Of a stretch of 64,000 bases of DNA, positions 50,014-61,430 are shown one piece after another. Where the stretch lies: contig JBLYYR010000111.1 in NCBI GenBank assembly GCA_048550195.1, positions 10,224 to 74,223 on the forward strand, read 5' to 3'. Made by a program: the position numbers and the translations under genes. The notes beneath the pieces were generated by a model. The model made no database searches, was not told the origin of the DNA, and saw only the letters and a program-made list of their open reading frames with translations. Source of the DNA: Arenicellales bacterium (lineage in GTDB: Bacteria; Pseudomonadota; Gammaproteobacteria; BMS3Bbin11). The first letter of the stretch is position 1; each line of letters starts with the position of its first letter.

Positions 50014-51369
50014 ATGAAAAAAAATATTCTTTTGTCAGGCCCATGTAAAAAAAATCTTCTGCCATTTCTGCTGCTTATTAGCATCGCATTACCTTTTCAG
50101 GTGTCTGCCCAGATAGTCGCACTGGACAGAGGGAAGGATATTGGTGAAAAGAGGACGGGCTGGTTGCCGTATATATTTGCCACTGAATCTTTGGGAACGG
50201 CTATCGGTGTCGGTGGGTTTACTGCGAGTGGAAAAAAGCAGCCTCAGGCCAGCCTGTTCGGCACTGCTTTTGTGACATCGAATGAGTCTGCATTGATTTC
50301 CGGAGCATTGAATAACCATCGAATTGGCAAGTCTCGTTTTTTTATGGATTCATTCATACTGGCCGACCACTTTACCGATCAGCGTTTTTATGCGGGTCCT
50401 GACCTCGATTCGAATAATCCAAGAGCAGGAACCAATGATTCTGACCCTGAAGCTTATGTAACAGGTGTCAGTAATGAGGTGACATTTACGGCATCCCTGA
50501 AGTACCGTTTACCGATTGGAAATTTAAAAGACGATCCGGTGGCGGTCTATCATCTGTACCAGGGTCTGCTGGAATCCGGCCCGCAGGGCGGTAAAACCTG
50601 GAATCCTATGACCAGTGGCCAGACGACAGTGGCAGGCAAATTCTTTTACACCTACCGCGATCTCAATGACTTTGTTTTTAATGAGTTTCAAACAGAGCCA
50701 ATCGAAGAGAATCTATTTTCCAAATCCAATGGCCTTGAATTCTGGCTTGAATATGACAACACCGATTTTCCACGCAATCCAACACGAGGCAGCCGCCAGT
50801 TGCTAAAAGCAACCAGTGACTTTGGCTGGGCGGGAAGCGATGAAAGCTGGACCAACCTGGAAGCCGATTTTTCCAAGTATTTTAATCTCGGTGATTCAAA
50901 CTGGTTCCGCCAGAAGGCCGTGGCACTGAATTTCTGGACATCCAATTCACCCAGCTGGGAAGTGGCAGCTGATGGCGACTTAAGTCACACACCACCGCCG
51001 ATGTATGGCTCCAGCCTTGGTGGCTTTGACCGCATGCGTGGCTATCCATCAAGGCGCTTCCATGACAAGTCTGCTGTATATTATGCAGCTGAGCTACGCC
51101 TGATCCCGCAGACACAGCCTTTACGGGATTTACCCCTGCTGAATTATTTTGAAATTGACTGGTGGCAGGTTGTTCCATTTATTGAGGCAGGCCGGGTCAG
51201 TGATAAATACGATGCAGATCTTTTCTTCAAGGATCTTAAAGTCGATGCGGGTATCGGATTGCGCTTCATGGCCTTCCGTGCGGTGGTTAGGCTTGACTGG
51301 GCCGTGTCTGATGAAGGCAGCTCTGTCTGGGCGATGGTACAGCAGCCTTTCTCACGCCAGGGTAACTAA
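50014..51369 (+). CDS. Omp85/BamA-superfamily-like outer-membrane beta-barrel protein with no recognisable POTRA array
   Basis: The protein has a signal peptide. The C-terminal barrel signature reads ...DAGIGLRFMAFRAVVRLDWAV... . The family assignment is tentative. Confidence 0.45.
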   Translation: MKKNILLSGPCKKNLLPFLLLISIALPFQVSAQIVALDRGKDIGEKRTGWLPYIFATESLGTAIGVGGFTASGKKQPQASLFGTAFVTSNESALISGALNNHRIGKSRFFMDSFILADHFTDQRFYAGPDLDSNNPRAGTNDSDPEAYVTGVSNEVTFTASLKYRLPIGNLKDDPVAVYHLYQGLLESGPQGGKTWNPMTSGQTTVAGKFFYTYRDLNDFVFNEFQTEPIEENLFSKSNGLEFWLEYDNTDFPRNPTRGSRQLLKATSDFGWAGSDESWTNLEADFSKYFNLGDSNWFRQKAVALNFWTSNSPSWEVAADGDLSHTPPPMYGSSLGGFDRMRGYPSRRFHDKSAVYYAAELRLIPQTQPLRDLPLLNYFEIDWWQVVPFIEAGRVSDKYDADLFFKDLKVDAGIGLRFMAFRAVVRLDWAVSDEGSSVWAMVQQPFSRQGN

Positions 51370-51603
51370 AAAAGGCAGTAAATCCTTTCACCACAAGGGT
51401 TATAGGGCTAATTTTGCCTAATTCTGTTGGTACGATAGAAATTAGTGCAAAAAAGCGCTGTTTATCTATTGACCGCGCACAGTCTTATTAGTAAGTTCTA
51501 ATATTTCGTATAGCTAAGCAGAATCAGCTTTTCGACATCATTGCAAGAAGATGCCGAAGGCGATTGCATATCAGCGAAGTATTCATTATTTGAGGGGAAA
51601 TAA

Positions 51604-53337
51604 GTGGAATTAACCGGTGCGGACATCCTGGTAAAGGCGCTGGCGGATGAGGGTGTAGAATTTATTTTCGGCTACCCGGGCGGCGCAGCCCTACATATCT
51701 ATGACGCACTTTATCGGCAGGATAAGGTTAAGCATATACTTGCACGCCATGAACAGGGTGCGGGCCATGCCGCAGATGGTTATGCCCGTTCCAGCGGCAA
51801 ACCAGGTGCGGTTCTGGTGACCTCAGGTCCGGGTGTGACAAATGTCGTTACGCCAGTCGCTACGGCACATATGGATTCTATTCCAATGGTTGTAATTACA
51901 GCCCAGGTTCCTTCGCACCTAATCGGTGATGATGCGTTCCAGGAGGTTGATGCCATTGGTATAACACGCCCCTGCGTGAAGCATAATTTCCTGGTCAAAG
52001 ATGTCCGTGATCTTGCTGTGACGATCAAAAAGGCCTTTTATGTTGCGACATCAGGCAGGCCGGGGCCAGTTGTTGTCGATATACCGAAGGATATTACTGC
52101 GGAAAAGACAGAATATGTTTATCCAAATAGTATCAGCATGCGTTCCTATCAACCGGTTTCAGAGGGGCATACGGGTCAGATACGCAAGGCGGTACAAGTG
52201 CTGCTTGCTGCAAAACGGCCTGTCATTTATTCAGGTGGCGGAATAATCTCAGCAAATTGCAGTGATAAGCTAACTGAGCTGGTTCGTTTACTCGGCTATC
52301 CGTGTACGAATACTTTAATGGGGCTGGGTGCGTTTCCGGCCGATGATCCGCTGTTTGTCGGCATGCTGGGTATGCATGGAACCTATGAGGCAAATCTGAC
52401 CATGCATGAGTGTGATGTCATGCTCTGCCTGGGTGCGCGTTTTGATGATCGGGTCACCGGTGATACAAATAAATTTAGCCCTTATGCAAAGATCATACAC
52501 GTTGATATAGACCCTTCGTCTATCAGCAAAACAATCTCTGCAGATATTCCTGTTGTCGGCTCAGTTGATGTCATCCTCGACGAAATGATCCGTCAGATCA
52601 GGGAATCAGGCCGCAAGCCAGATGCTGAGGCGCTACAGAAGTGGTGGGAGCAGATTGATGGCTGGCGTAAGATTGACTGCCTGGCTTATGACCATGACAA
52701 CGAAATTATTAAACCGCAATTCGTCATTCAAAAATTGCACGAAACAACTCAGGGCGATGCTTTTGTCACCTCCGATGTTGGGCAGCACCAGATGTTTGCC
52801 GCACAATACTACAAATTCAACAAGCCGCGGCGTTGGATAAATTCCGGAGGGCTGGGCACCATGGGTTTCGGGCTGCCTGCTGCGATGGGCGTACAATTTG
52901 CACACCCTGACGCGACTGTAGCCTGTGTGACAGGTGATGGGAGTATTCAAATGTGTCTGCAGGAGCTTTCAACCTGTAAGCAATACGATTTACCATTGAA
53001 TATTGTCAACTTGAATAACCGATATCTTGGAATGGTCCGTCAATGGCAGGAGTTTTTCTATGATCGCCGGTACTCCAATTCCTATATGGATGCCTTGCCT
53101 GATCTGGTTAAGCTGGCTGAGGGTTATGGACATGTCGGGATAAAAATTGAGAAACCTGCTGATGTGGAAGGTGCCTTAAAAGAAGCGCTTTCAGACAATT
53201 CAAGATTGTATTTCCTTGATTTTATTACTGATCAGACTGAGAACGTCTACCCAATGATTGCGGCGGGAAAGGGGCATCATGAAATGCATCTTTCACCCAG
53301 AAATGGTGATGATGATGACGAGAGGGAGCTGGCCTAG
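51604..53337 (+). CDS. ilvI: Acetolactate synthase large subunit (biosynthetic)
   Basis: The start reads LTGADILVKALADEGVEFIFGYPGG. A ThDP motif, GDG...N, is present. The start codon is GTG. Confidence 0.9.
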   Translation: MELTGADILVKALADEGVEFIFGYPGGAALHIYDALYRQDKVKHILARHEQGAGHAADGYARSSGKPGAVLVTSGPGVTNVVTPVATAHMDSIPMVVITAQVPSHLIGDDAFQEVDAIGITRPCVKHNFLVKDVRDLAVTIKKAFYVATSGRPGPVVVDIPKDITAEKTEYVYPNSISMRSYQPVSEGHTGQIRKAVQVLLAAKRPVIYSGGGIISANCSDKLTELVRLLGYPCTNTLMGLGAFPADDPLFVGMLGMHGTYEANLTMHECDVMLCLGARFDDRVTGDTNKFSPYAKIIHVDIDPSSISKTISADIPVVGSVDVILDEMIRQIRESGRKPDAEALQKWWEQIDGWRKIDCLAYDHDNEIIKPQFVIQKLHETTQGDAFVTSDVGQHQMFAAQYYKFNKPRRWINSGGLGTMGFGLPAAMGVQFAHPDATVACVTGDGSIQMCLQELSTCKQYDLPLNIVNLNNRYLGMVRQWQEFFYDRRYSNSYMDALPDLVKLAEGYGHVGIKIEKPADVEGALKEALSDNSRLYFLDFITDQTENVYPMIAAGKGHHEMHLSPRNGDDDDERELA

Positions 53338-53412
53338 AATGAAACCTATGATCAAGTACAATTTTTTCAGACTAGTTAAAATCGTCCGTATCCTTCCCGA
53401 AAAAGGTTCCAT

Positions 53413-53904
53413 ATGCGTCACATAATATCCATATTGATGGAAAATGAATCAGGAGCATTGTCCAGGGTAGCAGGACTATTTTCAGCTCGCGGTTATAACA
53501 TCGAATCGTTGACTGTTGCACCAACAGAAGATGCAAGTTTGTCGCGCCTTACCCTGGTGACCAGTGGCTCCGACAGGGTGGTTGAGCAAATCACCAAACA
53601 GCTGAATAAGCTGATTGATGTGGTGAAGTTGATTGATCTGGTCGAGAACGAGCACATCGAACGTGAGATCAGTTTGATTAAAGTTCGTGCGTCGGGTGCT
53701 GGCCGGGATGAAATCTCCCGCCTGGTTGAGATTTTTCGTGGTCGAATCGTGGACGTTACTGATACCAGTTTTACCATCGAAATGACTGGCAGTTGTGGTA
53801 AAATCGACGCCTTTTTGAAGGCTGTACCAAATGACACCATAATAGAAGTCGTTAGGTCAGGTGTGTTAGGGATTGCCCGCGGCGAGAAAGGCTTACGTCT
53901 TTAA
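53413..53904 (+). CDS. ilvH: Acetolactate synthase small (regulatory) subunit
   Basis: The ACT domain reads RHIISILMENESGALSRVAGLFSARGYNIESL. Confidence 0.85.
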   Translation: MRHIISILMENESGALSRVAGLFSARGYNIESLTVAPTEDASLSRLTLVTSGSDRVVEQITKQLNKLIDVVKLIDLVENEHIEREISLIKVRASGAGRDEISRLVEIFRGRIVDVTDTSFTIEMTGSCGKIDAFLKAVPNDTIIEVVRSGVLGIARGEKGLRL

Positions 53905-53974
53905 TCACCACTACGACAAAATCTTACTATTTTTCATTTCTATTTAATTTACGCCGGTCTTCCGGCCAGCTTAG

Positions 53975-55006
<1,032 letters not shown>

Positions 55007-55007
55007 T

Positions 55008-55661
55008 GTGAAAAAGACATATCCGTTTTTTGCTCGAGAAGGCTGGCCGTTTATTGCGGGCAGTCTGGCAATCTCTGTTGCAATCACCTTCGTCTGGGGT
55101 TGGTTCTGGGCTGCACCCTGGTGGCTGATAGCAATCTTTTGTATTCAATTCTTTCGAGATCCGATGCGAATGCTTGAAGCCGGGCCAAAAGATATTGTTT
55201 GCCCGGCAGATGGTAAAGTCATTTTTGTCGGTAAGATGAAAGACCCTTATCTTGACCGTGAAGTAACGAAAATTAGCGTGTTCATGAATGTATTTAACGT
55301 GCATTCGAACAAATCTCCGGTTAAAGGGATAATTAAAAAACGCTGGTATCGTCCCGGTTCCTTTGTCAATGCCGCCATTGATAAGGCGGCCGAGGAAAAC
55401 GAACAGAACGCCTTATGGATAAAGACCGAAAATGATCTGGATATCACCTGTGTGCAGATTGCCGGTCTGGTTGCCAGGCGCATCCTCTGTTACGTGGACG
55501 AGGGGGATACACTGGAGCCCGGTCAGCGTTATGGCTTTATTCGCTTCGGATCGAGAGTCGATCTCTATTTACCTGAAGGAACAGAAATGAAGGCAAGCAT
55601 TGGTGATACAGTTAAATCCGGTCAGGATATTCTTGCTGTGTTGCCAGAAAATGCAGCCTGA
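55008..55661 (+). CDS. psd: Phosphatidylserine decarboxylase family proenzyme (short form)
   Basis: The motifs are FFAREGWPFI and ...FGSRVD, the latter containing the G-S cleavage/pyruvoyl site. The GTG start is likely at 55008, just after the ilvC stop. The ORF track begins in-frame at 54984, inside ilvC. Confidence 0.7.
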   Translation: MKKTYPFFAREGWPFIAGSLAISVAITFVWGWFWAAPWWLIAIFCIQFFRDPMRMLEAGPKDIVCPADGKVIFVGKMKDPYLDREVTKISVFMNVFNVHSNKSPVKGIIKKRWYRPGSFVNAAIDKAAEENEQNALWIKTENDLDITCVQIAGLVARRILCYVDEGDTLEPGQRYGFIRFGSRVDLYLPEGTEMKASIGDTVKSGQDILAVLPENAA

Positions 55662-55706
55662 AATCGGGCAGTTCATCTACCCCTTTGCATGGCATGATCT
55701 ACGAAA

Positions 55707-56891
55707 ATGCTCCCTATGAAATCAATCATCCTAAAAAGCAAGGCAGGCAGGCGGTTTAAGCAGGGACACCCATGGGTGTTCAGCAACGAACTTGAAAAAT
55801 CGGCTGAACGTCCGCAAGCCGGGGATATTGTCAGCCTGCGTCAACAGGATGGAACTTTCCTGGCTTATGGCTTTTATCATCCCAACTCGCTGATTGCGTT
55901 TCGTGCATTGACAGGAAAAGAAGAACTGCCCGACGAAACCTTTTTTTCGCAGCTGATCGATCAGGCAATCTCACTAAGAAATAAGGTTTACCCGCAATCG
56001 AATGCCCGACGTCTCATCCATTCTGAAAGTGACGGTTTACCGGGATTGATTGTAGATCAGTTCGATGATGTATTGAGTGTGCAAATCAACTCTGCCGGCA
56101 TGGAAAGAATTATAGAAATGCTGCTGCCAATGCTCAAACAGAAACTGTCAGCAAAAAACATCGTCATGCGTAATGATTCCGCTCTTAGAAACCTGGAAGG
56201 TCTCAAGCAGTACACCGATGTCTGGCAGTCAGATGATAAAGAGGCAACGGCTGACATTACGGAAAATGATATCGATTACCATGTTGATGTTTTCAATGGC
56301 CAAAAAACCGGATTCTTCATAGATCAGCGTGAGAATCGCCTCGCTTTCAGACGATTTATTGAGAAAGGTGATCGTGTCCTTGATGCCTTCTGCAATGATG
56401 GCGGGTTTGCGCTTAGTGCCGTGAAGGCAGGCGCTGCACATGTTGATGTTGTAGATGTCTCTGAATCTGCCCTGGCCAGGGCAGCGAAAAATGCCATTCT
56501 CAATAATTTCAATGAAAATATACAGTACAACAAAGTCGATGTAATGAAATGGCTGCCGGGCTTGAAACTGGATACCCTGTATGACGTGGTTAATCTTGAT
56601 CCACCGGCCTTTGCATCAAACCGTAAATCCATACCGGTAGCCCGCAAGGCTTACAGGAAATTACATGGTTCAGCAATGCAGGTATTGAAGACAGGCGGTA
56701 TTCTTTCAACGGCCTGTTGTTCACACCATATTTCTGAAGAAGATTTTCTTGATTCAATTCAACAGGCCGCTGTTCGAACAGGGCGCCAGTGTCAGATGTT
56801 GTTTCGCGGAGGCCCGCCGGCAGATCATCCTGTGTTGCTTGCCATGCCAGAATCAGGTTATCTTAAATTTCATATTTTTCGAGTGTTGTAG
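55707..56891 (+). CDS. rlmI: Class I SAM-dependent 23S rRNA (cytosine-C5) methyltransferase RlmI-like
   Basis: The protein has a PUA-like N-terminus. The methyltransferase core reads DRVLDAFCNDGGFAL...VNLDPPAF. Confidence 0.75.
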   Translation: MLPMKSIILKSKAGRRFKQGHPWVFSNELEKSAERPQAGDIVSLRQQDGTFLAYGFYHPNSLIAFRALTGKEELPDETFFSQLIDQAISLRNKVYPQSNARRLIHSESDGLPGLIVDQFDDVLSVQINSAGMERIIEMLLPMLKQKLSAKNIVMRNDSALRNLEGLKQYTDVWQSDDKEATADITENDIDYHVDVFNGQKTGFFIDQRENRLAFRRFIEKGDRVLDAFCNDGGFALSAVKAGAAHVDVVDVSESALARAAKNAILNNFNENIQYNKVDVMKWLPGLKLDTLYDVVNLDPPAFASNRKSIPVARKAYRKLHGSAMQVLKTGGILSTACCSHHISEEDFLDSIQQAAVRTGRQCQMLFRGGPPADHPVLLAMPESGYLKFHIFRVL

Positions 56892-56915
56892 TCGAAGAGT
56901 TCCCAGGAAGGTCTT

Positions 56916-57293
56916 ATGTCAAACCCGGTTCTAACACTTCATGTAGTTGCAGCGTTTTTAAGCATCTCCGGTTTTATTTTTCGGGGTATTCTTCGTCTGA
57001 GTAGTTCAGATCTACTAAACAAAAAATGGCTGAAGATTTCTCCCCACGTCAATGACACGATACTAATTATCAGCGCTATTGTTCTGCTCCAACGAGCAGA
57101 CCTGAGTGTCCTCAACACACCCTGGCTGCAGGCAAAAATTGTTGCCCTGATTTTATATATTACGCTCGGCCTGATTGCTTTTCGTTTTGCAAAAACACCA
57201 GCGATTCGCCTTTTTGCATGGATCGCGGCGATCTTTGTTTTTGCTTATATCGTGGCGGTTGCGATAACGAAGAACCCGTTGGTTTTATTTTAA
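56916..57293 (+). CDS. SirB2-family small inner-membrane protein
   Basis: The 125-aa protein has 4 TM helices and an HxxxDTxL region typical of SirB2/YchQ. The assignment is tentative. Confidence 0.5.
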   Translation: MSNPVLTLHVVAAFLSISGFIFRGILRLSSSDLLNKKWLKISPHVNDTILIISAIVLLQRADLSVLNTPWLQAKIVALILYITLGLIAFRFAKTPAIRLFAWIAAIFVFAYIVAVAITKNPLVLF

Positions 57294-57406
57294 AAACAGA
57301 CGCATGACAAAGGACTAAAGATGAAGAAATTCCCCATTACTCTTTTGTCTTTTATCCTTAGACCTTAGTCCTTGGTCCCTAGTCTTATATCCTGGAGTTC
57401 GCTGAA

Positions 57407-58336
57407 TTGGAACTGATTCTTGGCCTGCACAATCTGCAACCGGCAGAAACTCCCTGTGTCGCTACAATCGGGAATTTCGATGGTGTTCACCTTGGGCATC
57501 AGGCTGTCATTGGGCAGTTGGCGGAAAAGTCCGCAGCAATGAACCTGCCGACTACGCTGATAACTTTTGAACCCACGCCGGCCGAATTTTTTGCCGGTGA
57601 AAATGCCCCTGCCAGGCTATCTACTTTCCGAGAGAAATATGTAACGCTTAAACGCTTCACCATTGACCGGATTCTGGTATTACCTTTCAATCAACGACTG
57701 GCATCTATGGCGGCAGATGACTTTATCCAGCAGATATTGATTAGCGGACTTGATATTCGCTATTTGGTTGTCGGCGATGATTTCCGCTTTGGTAAGGACA
57801 GGGCGGGTGACTTCCATCTGCTGCGACAGGCAGGAGAAGAAAATAATTTTACGGTGGTGTCTATGCCTAGCTTCCGTGTCGATGGTGAGAGGGTTAGCAG
57901 TTCAGGTATCAGACAGGCACTGGCCGATGGCAACTTTGATCGTGCAGAGCGCATGCTGGGCCGACACTACCATATGACGGGTAAGGTCGCACACGGTGAT
58001 AAACGTGGTCGTCAATGGGGCTTTCCTACTGCAAATATAAATATGAAGCGCAAGGTCATACCCTTGCGTGGAATCTTTGCGGTTGAGGTGTTCGGTCTTG
58101 ATCGTGAGCCGATGTTCGGTGTTGCCAATCTCGGTACACGTCCGACTGTTTGCGGTTTGCGCACTCTGCTGGAAGTCCATTTATTCGATTTTGATAAGCA
58201 GATTTACGGCAGGCGAATCAATGTGATATTTCGCCACAAGATTCGGGAGGAAATACGTTTCGAGTCATTTGATGCCCTGAAGGAACAGATTGCGCTGGAT
58301 GTTATCAGTGCCAGAGAGTATTTTTCGGCGATTTGA
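57407..58336 (+). CDS. ribF: Bifunctional riboflavin kinase / FMN adenylyltransferase
   Basis: The FAD-synthetase N-terminus reads ATIGNFDGVHLGHQ. The flavokinase C-terminus reads GFPTANI. Confidence 0.85.
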   Translation: MELILGLHNLQPAETPCVATIGNFDGVHLGHQAVIGQLAEKSAAMNLPTTLITFEPTPAEFFAGENAPARLSTFREKYVTLKRFTIDRILVLPFNQRLASMAADDFIQQILISGLDIRYLVVGDDFRFGKDRAGDFHLLRQAGEENNFTVVSMPSFRVDGERVSSSGIRQALADGNFDRAERMLGRHYHMTGKVAHGDKRGRQWGFPTANINMKRKVIPLRGIFAVEVFGLDREPMFGVANLGTRPTVCGLRTLLEVHLFDFDKQIYGRRINVIFRHKIREEIRFESFDALKEQIALDVISAREYFSAI

Positions 58337-58402
58337 TCGCCTGATTAAGTCTGCAGGGCACTCTATTATTTATTACATGAATATTCATCTTCCATCCCAA
58401 AT

Positions 58403-58510
58403 CGTCCCTTTCTGCGTTAAGAATCTTCGCAATAGCCAGCTGTTGCGTACGATCCTTGCCTTGATATGAACGATTTGGAATACAATCTGATCTATCCAGA
58501 ATTAATAGAG
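58403..58510. repeat. Copy B of the roughly 110-bp dispersed intergenic repeat
   Basis: The sequence ...gcgttaagaatcttcgcaatagccagctgttgcg...ccagaattaatagag shares about 70% identity with 22968-23073. Confidence 0.5.
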
Positions 58511-58592
58511 GTGCCCTGCACTGTAAAAAAGCTTTTGGCCATGTTAATTTCTGCTATTGCCGTATTTTTTCTTAACTTAAAAGACCCGCTGT

Positions 58593-61430
58593 ATGACTGA
58601 TTACAAGACGACCATCAACCTGCCTAATACCGGCTTTCCAATGAAAGCCAATCTGGCCAATCGTGAACCGGAATTCCTGAAAGGATGGGGGCAAAAACTC
58701 TATCAGCGTATTCGTGACGAACGCGCTGATGCACCTAAATATATATTGCATGATGGACCGCCATACGCCAATGGTGATATTCATACCGGTCATGCTGTTA
58801 ATAAGATCCTGAAAGATATCATCATTAAATCCCGTACACTGGATGGTTATGATGCGCCTTTTATCCCGGGCTGGGATTGCCATGGCCTGCCAATTGAACT
58901 GCAGGTAGAGAAAAAATCTGGCAAGGCCGGGGTTAAAATCGATGCCAATAGCTTTCGCCGGAAATGCCGCGAATACGCGCAGAAACAGGTGGATCGGCAG
59001 CGCGAGGATTTTAAACGCCTTGGGGTACTGGCTGACTGGGACAATCCTTATCTGACAATGGCGCCGGAAAATGAAGCTGAAATTGTTCGTTCGCTGGGCC
59101 GTATAATTGAACAGGGTCATCTTTTTCAGGGTGCGATGCCTGTGCACTGGTGCACTGATTGCAGGTCTGCACTGGCTGAAGCTGAAGTAGAATATCAGGA
59201 CAAGGAATCACTGGCTGTAGATGTTGCCTTTCATGCAGTCGATGGAGCATCTGTTTGTAAAGTCTTTTCTCATGACTCCAGCGATGAAAGAGTTTCCTTT
59301 GTTATCTGGACTACTACACCCTGGACACTGCCTGCCAATCAGGCCGTTGCACTAAATCCGGATCTGGACTATGTACTGGTCAGGTTTAATGATAAGCATA
59401 AAGGGCTCTATGTTTTTGCAACGGACCTGCTTGATTCGGTTTTAAGCCGCTATGGGATCGAAGATTATGTGCAGCTTGCAAACGTAAGTGGTCAGGCACT
59501 GGAAGGGATAGAGCTTGAACATCCGTTTTATGACCGCCTGGTACCGGTTATCCTTGGCGAGCATGTGACAACTGAAGCGGGTACCGGCGCTGTGCATACC
59601 GCGCCAGGTCACGGCCAGGAAGATTTCATCGCTGGCAGAAATTATAATCTGGAAGTTGATAATCCTGTTGCGGCTAATGGCGTCTTTGTTGAGGGAACGC
59701 CGTTGTTTGCCGGCGAACATGTGTTGAAGGCGAATGCACATGTTGTTGAAGTGTTGCAAGAGCAGAAAGCTCTGTTATTCTCAGAACCCATCACGCATAG
59801 CTACCCACATTGCTGGCGCCATAAAACACCTATCATTTTCCGTGCTACACCCCAGTGGTTCATCAGCATGGATCAGGCAGGGCTGCGTGACCGTACCCTG
59901 GAAGAAATTAATAAAGTTCGCTGGCTACCCGAATGGGGAAAGGCTCGAATCAAAGGTATGATCGAGAATCGGCCCAACTGGTGTATCTCCCGGCAACGGC
60001 ACTGGGGTGCACCGATTGCCCTGTTTGTTCATATTCAAACGGGTGAGTTGCACCCGCGTACTAATGAAATTTTGCAGCAGGTAGCTGATCGCATTGAGCA
60101 GGGTGGTGTTGAGGCCTGGTTTGAAATGGATACAGCTGAGCTGCTCGGTGATGAGGCAGATGATTATCAGAAAATCACCGACATCCTGGATGTCTGGTTT
60201 GACTCAGGTGTATCACATACCTTTGTACTGGATAAAAGAGCCGGTCACTCAGCACCGGCTGATCTCTATCTGGAAGGCTCTGACCAGCATCGGGGCTGGT
60301 TCCAGTCATCGATGTTGAGTTCCGTGGCAATGAAGGGTAGTGCACCTTATAAGACGGCATTGACGCATGGCTTTGTGGTTGATGCGGACGGCAATAAGAT
60401 GTCCAAATCTAAAGGCAACGTAGTGGTCCCGCAGACAATCATCAACTCCATGGGGGCCGATATTATCCGCCTGTGGGTAGCGGCAACAGATTACCGTAAT
60501 GAGATGACGATCTCGGATGAAATCATCAAACGCACTGCTGATGCCTACCGCCGCATACGCAACACTAACCGTTTTCTACTCGGCAATCTGGATGGGTTTG
60601 ATCCAGCATCTGATGCGGTAGACATAGCGGACCTGATAGAAATTGATGCATGGGCGATAGCCCGCTGTCAGGAAGTCAACCAATTGGTTATAAAGTCCTA
60701 TCAAGACTTTTCCTTTCATCATGTCTATCAGGCTGTACTGCAGTTCTGTGTCAACGATATGGGGGGCTTTTATCTGGATATCCTGAAAGACCGGTTGTAT
60801 ACCACGCCAGCAGGAAGTCAGGCACGGCGTTCCGCGCAGACTGCTATGTATCACATACTGGAGTCACTGGTGCGTTGGATGGCTCCTGTGCTGAGTTTTA
60901 CTGCGGAGGAAATCTGGTCGTATATGCCGGGGAATAGAACGGACAGCATATACCTTCAGCAGTGGCATAAATTGCCAGTAATTGAGAATAATACTACCTT
61001 ATTAAAACGCTGGCAGGTCGTCACAGCCCTTAGAGACGGAGTGTCACAGTCTCTGGAGGCTCTACGCAAGGAGGGTGTCATCGGCTCACCGCTGGATGCG
61101 GAAGTTAGCATCTATACTGAGGGCCGGACACTGGAATTACTGCAGTCCTTTGCGGATGAATGCCGTTTCATATTTATTACCTCCTATGTCCATGTTTATC
61201 CCATTGAAGATGACCATAGATACGGTAAGGAACTGGAAAATTGGGCGCAGTCACTGGATGGCTGGGATGATGATATTGTCGCCATAGATGTCAGTGCGAC
61301 AGAAAAAGAAAAATGCATACGTTGCTGGCACCACCGTGAAGATGTCGGTAGCCATTCGCAGCACCCCGAAATTTGTGGTCGCTGTGTTGAAAATATAGAG
61401 GGCGAGGGTGAGGTCAGGCGTTATGTCTAA
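58593..61430 (+). CDS. ileS: Isoleucine--tRNA ligase
   Basis: The HIGH motif (HTGHAV), the KMSKS motif and a C-terminal zinc finger (CIRCW...CGRC) are present. Confidence 0.9.
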   Translation: MTDYKTTINLPNTGFPMKANLANREPEFLKGWGQKLYQRIRDERADAPKYILHDGPPYANGDIHTGHAVNKILKDIIIKSRTLDGYDAPFIPGWDCHGLPIELQVEKKSGKAGVKIDANSFRRKCREYAQKQVDRQREDFKRLGVLADWDNPYLTMAPENEAEIVRSLGRIIEQGHLFQGAMPVHWCTDCRSALAEAEVEYQDKESLAVDVAFHAVDGASVCKVFSHDSSDERVSFVIWTTTPWTLPANQAVALNPDLDYVLVRFNDKHKGLYVFATDLLDSVLSRYGIEDYVQLANVSGQALEGIELEHPFYDRLVPVILGEHVTTEAGTGAVHTAPGHGQEDFIAGRNYNLEVDNPVAANGVFVEGTPLFAGEHVLKANAHVVEVLQEQKALLFSEPITHSYPHCWRHKTPIIFRATPQWFISMDQAGLRDRTLEEINKVRWLPEWGKARIKGMIENRPNWCISRQRHWGAPIALFVHIQTGELHPRTNEILQQVADRIEQGGVEAWFEMDTAELLGDEADDYQKITDILDVWFDSGVSHTFVLDKRAGHSAPADLYLEGSDQHRGWFQSSMLSSVAMKGSAPYKTALTHGFVVDADGNKMSKSKGNVVVPQTIINSMGADIIRLWVAATDYRNEMTISDEIIKRTADAYRRIRNTNRFLLGNLDGFDPASDAVDIADLIEIDAWAIARCQEVNQLVIKSYQDFSFHHVYQAVLQFCVNDMGGFYLDILKDRLYTTPAGSQARRSAQTAMYHILESLVRWMAPVLSFTAEEIWSYMPGNRTDSIYLQQWHKLPVIENNTTLLKRWQVVTALRDGVSQSLEALRKEGVIGSPLDAEVSIYTEGRTLELLQSFADECRFIFITSYVHVYPIEDDHRYGKELENWAQSLDGWDDDIVAIDVSATEKEKCIRCWHHREDVGSHSQHPEICGRCVENIEGEGEVRRYV

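Noticed and set aside
51370-51603. Possible ilvIH leader-peptide attenuator.
   Set aside because: There is no short ORF rich in Ile, Val or Leu codons and no obvious terminator or antiterminator pair in the 234-bp leader.
58572-59147. 191-aa minus-strand ORF.
   Set aside because: It is antisense to the ileS 5' end, and the ileS frame carries HIGH motifs.
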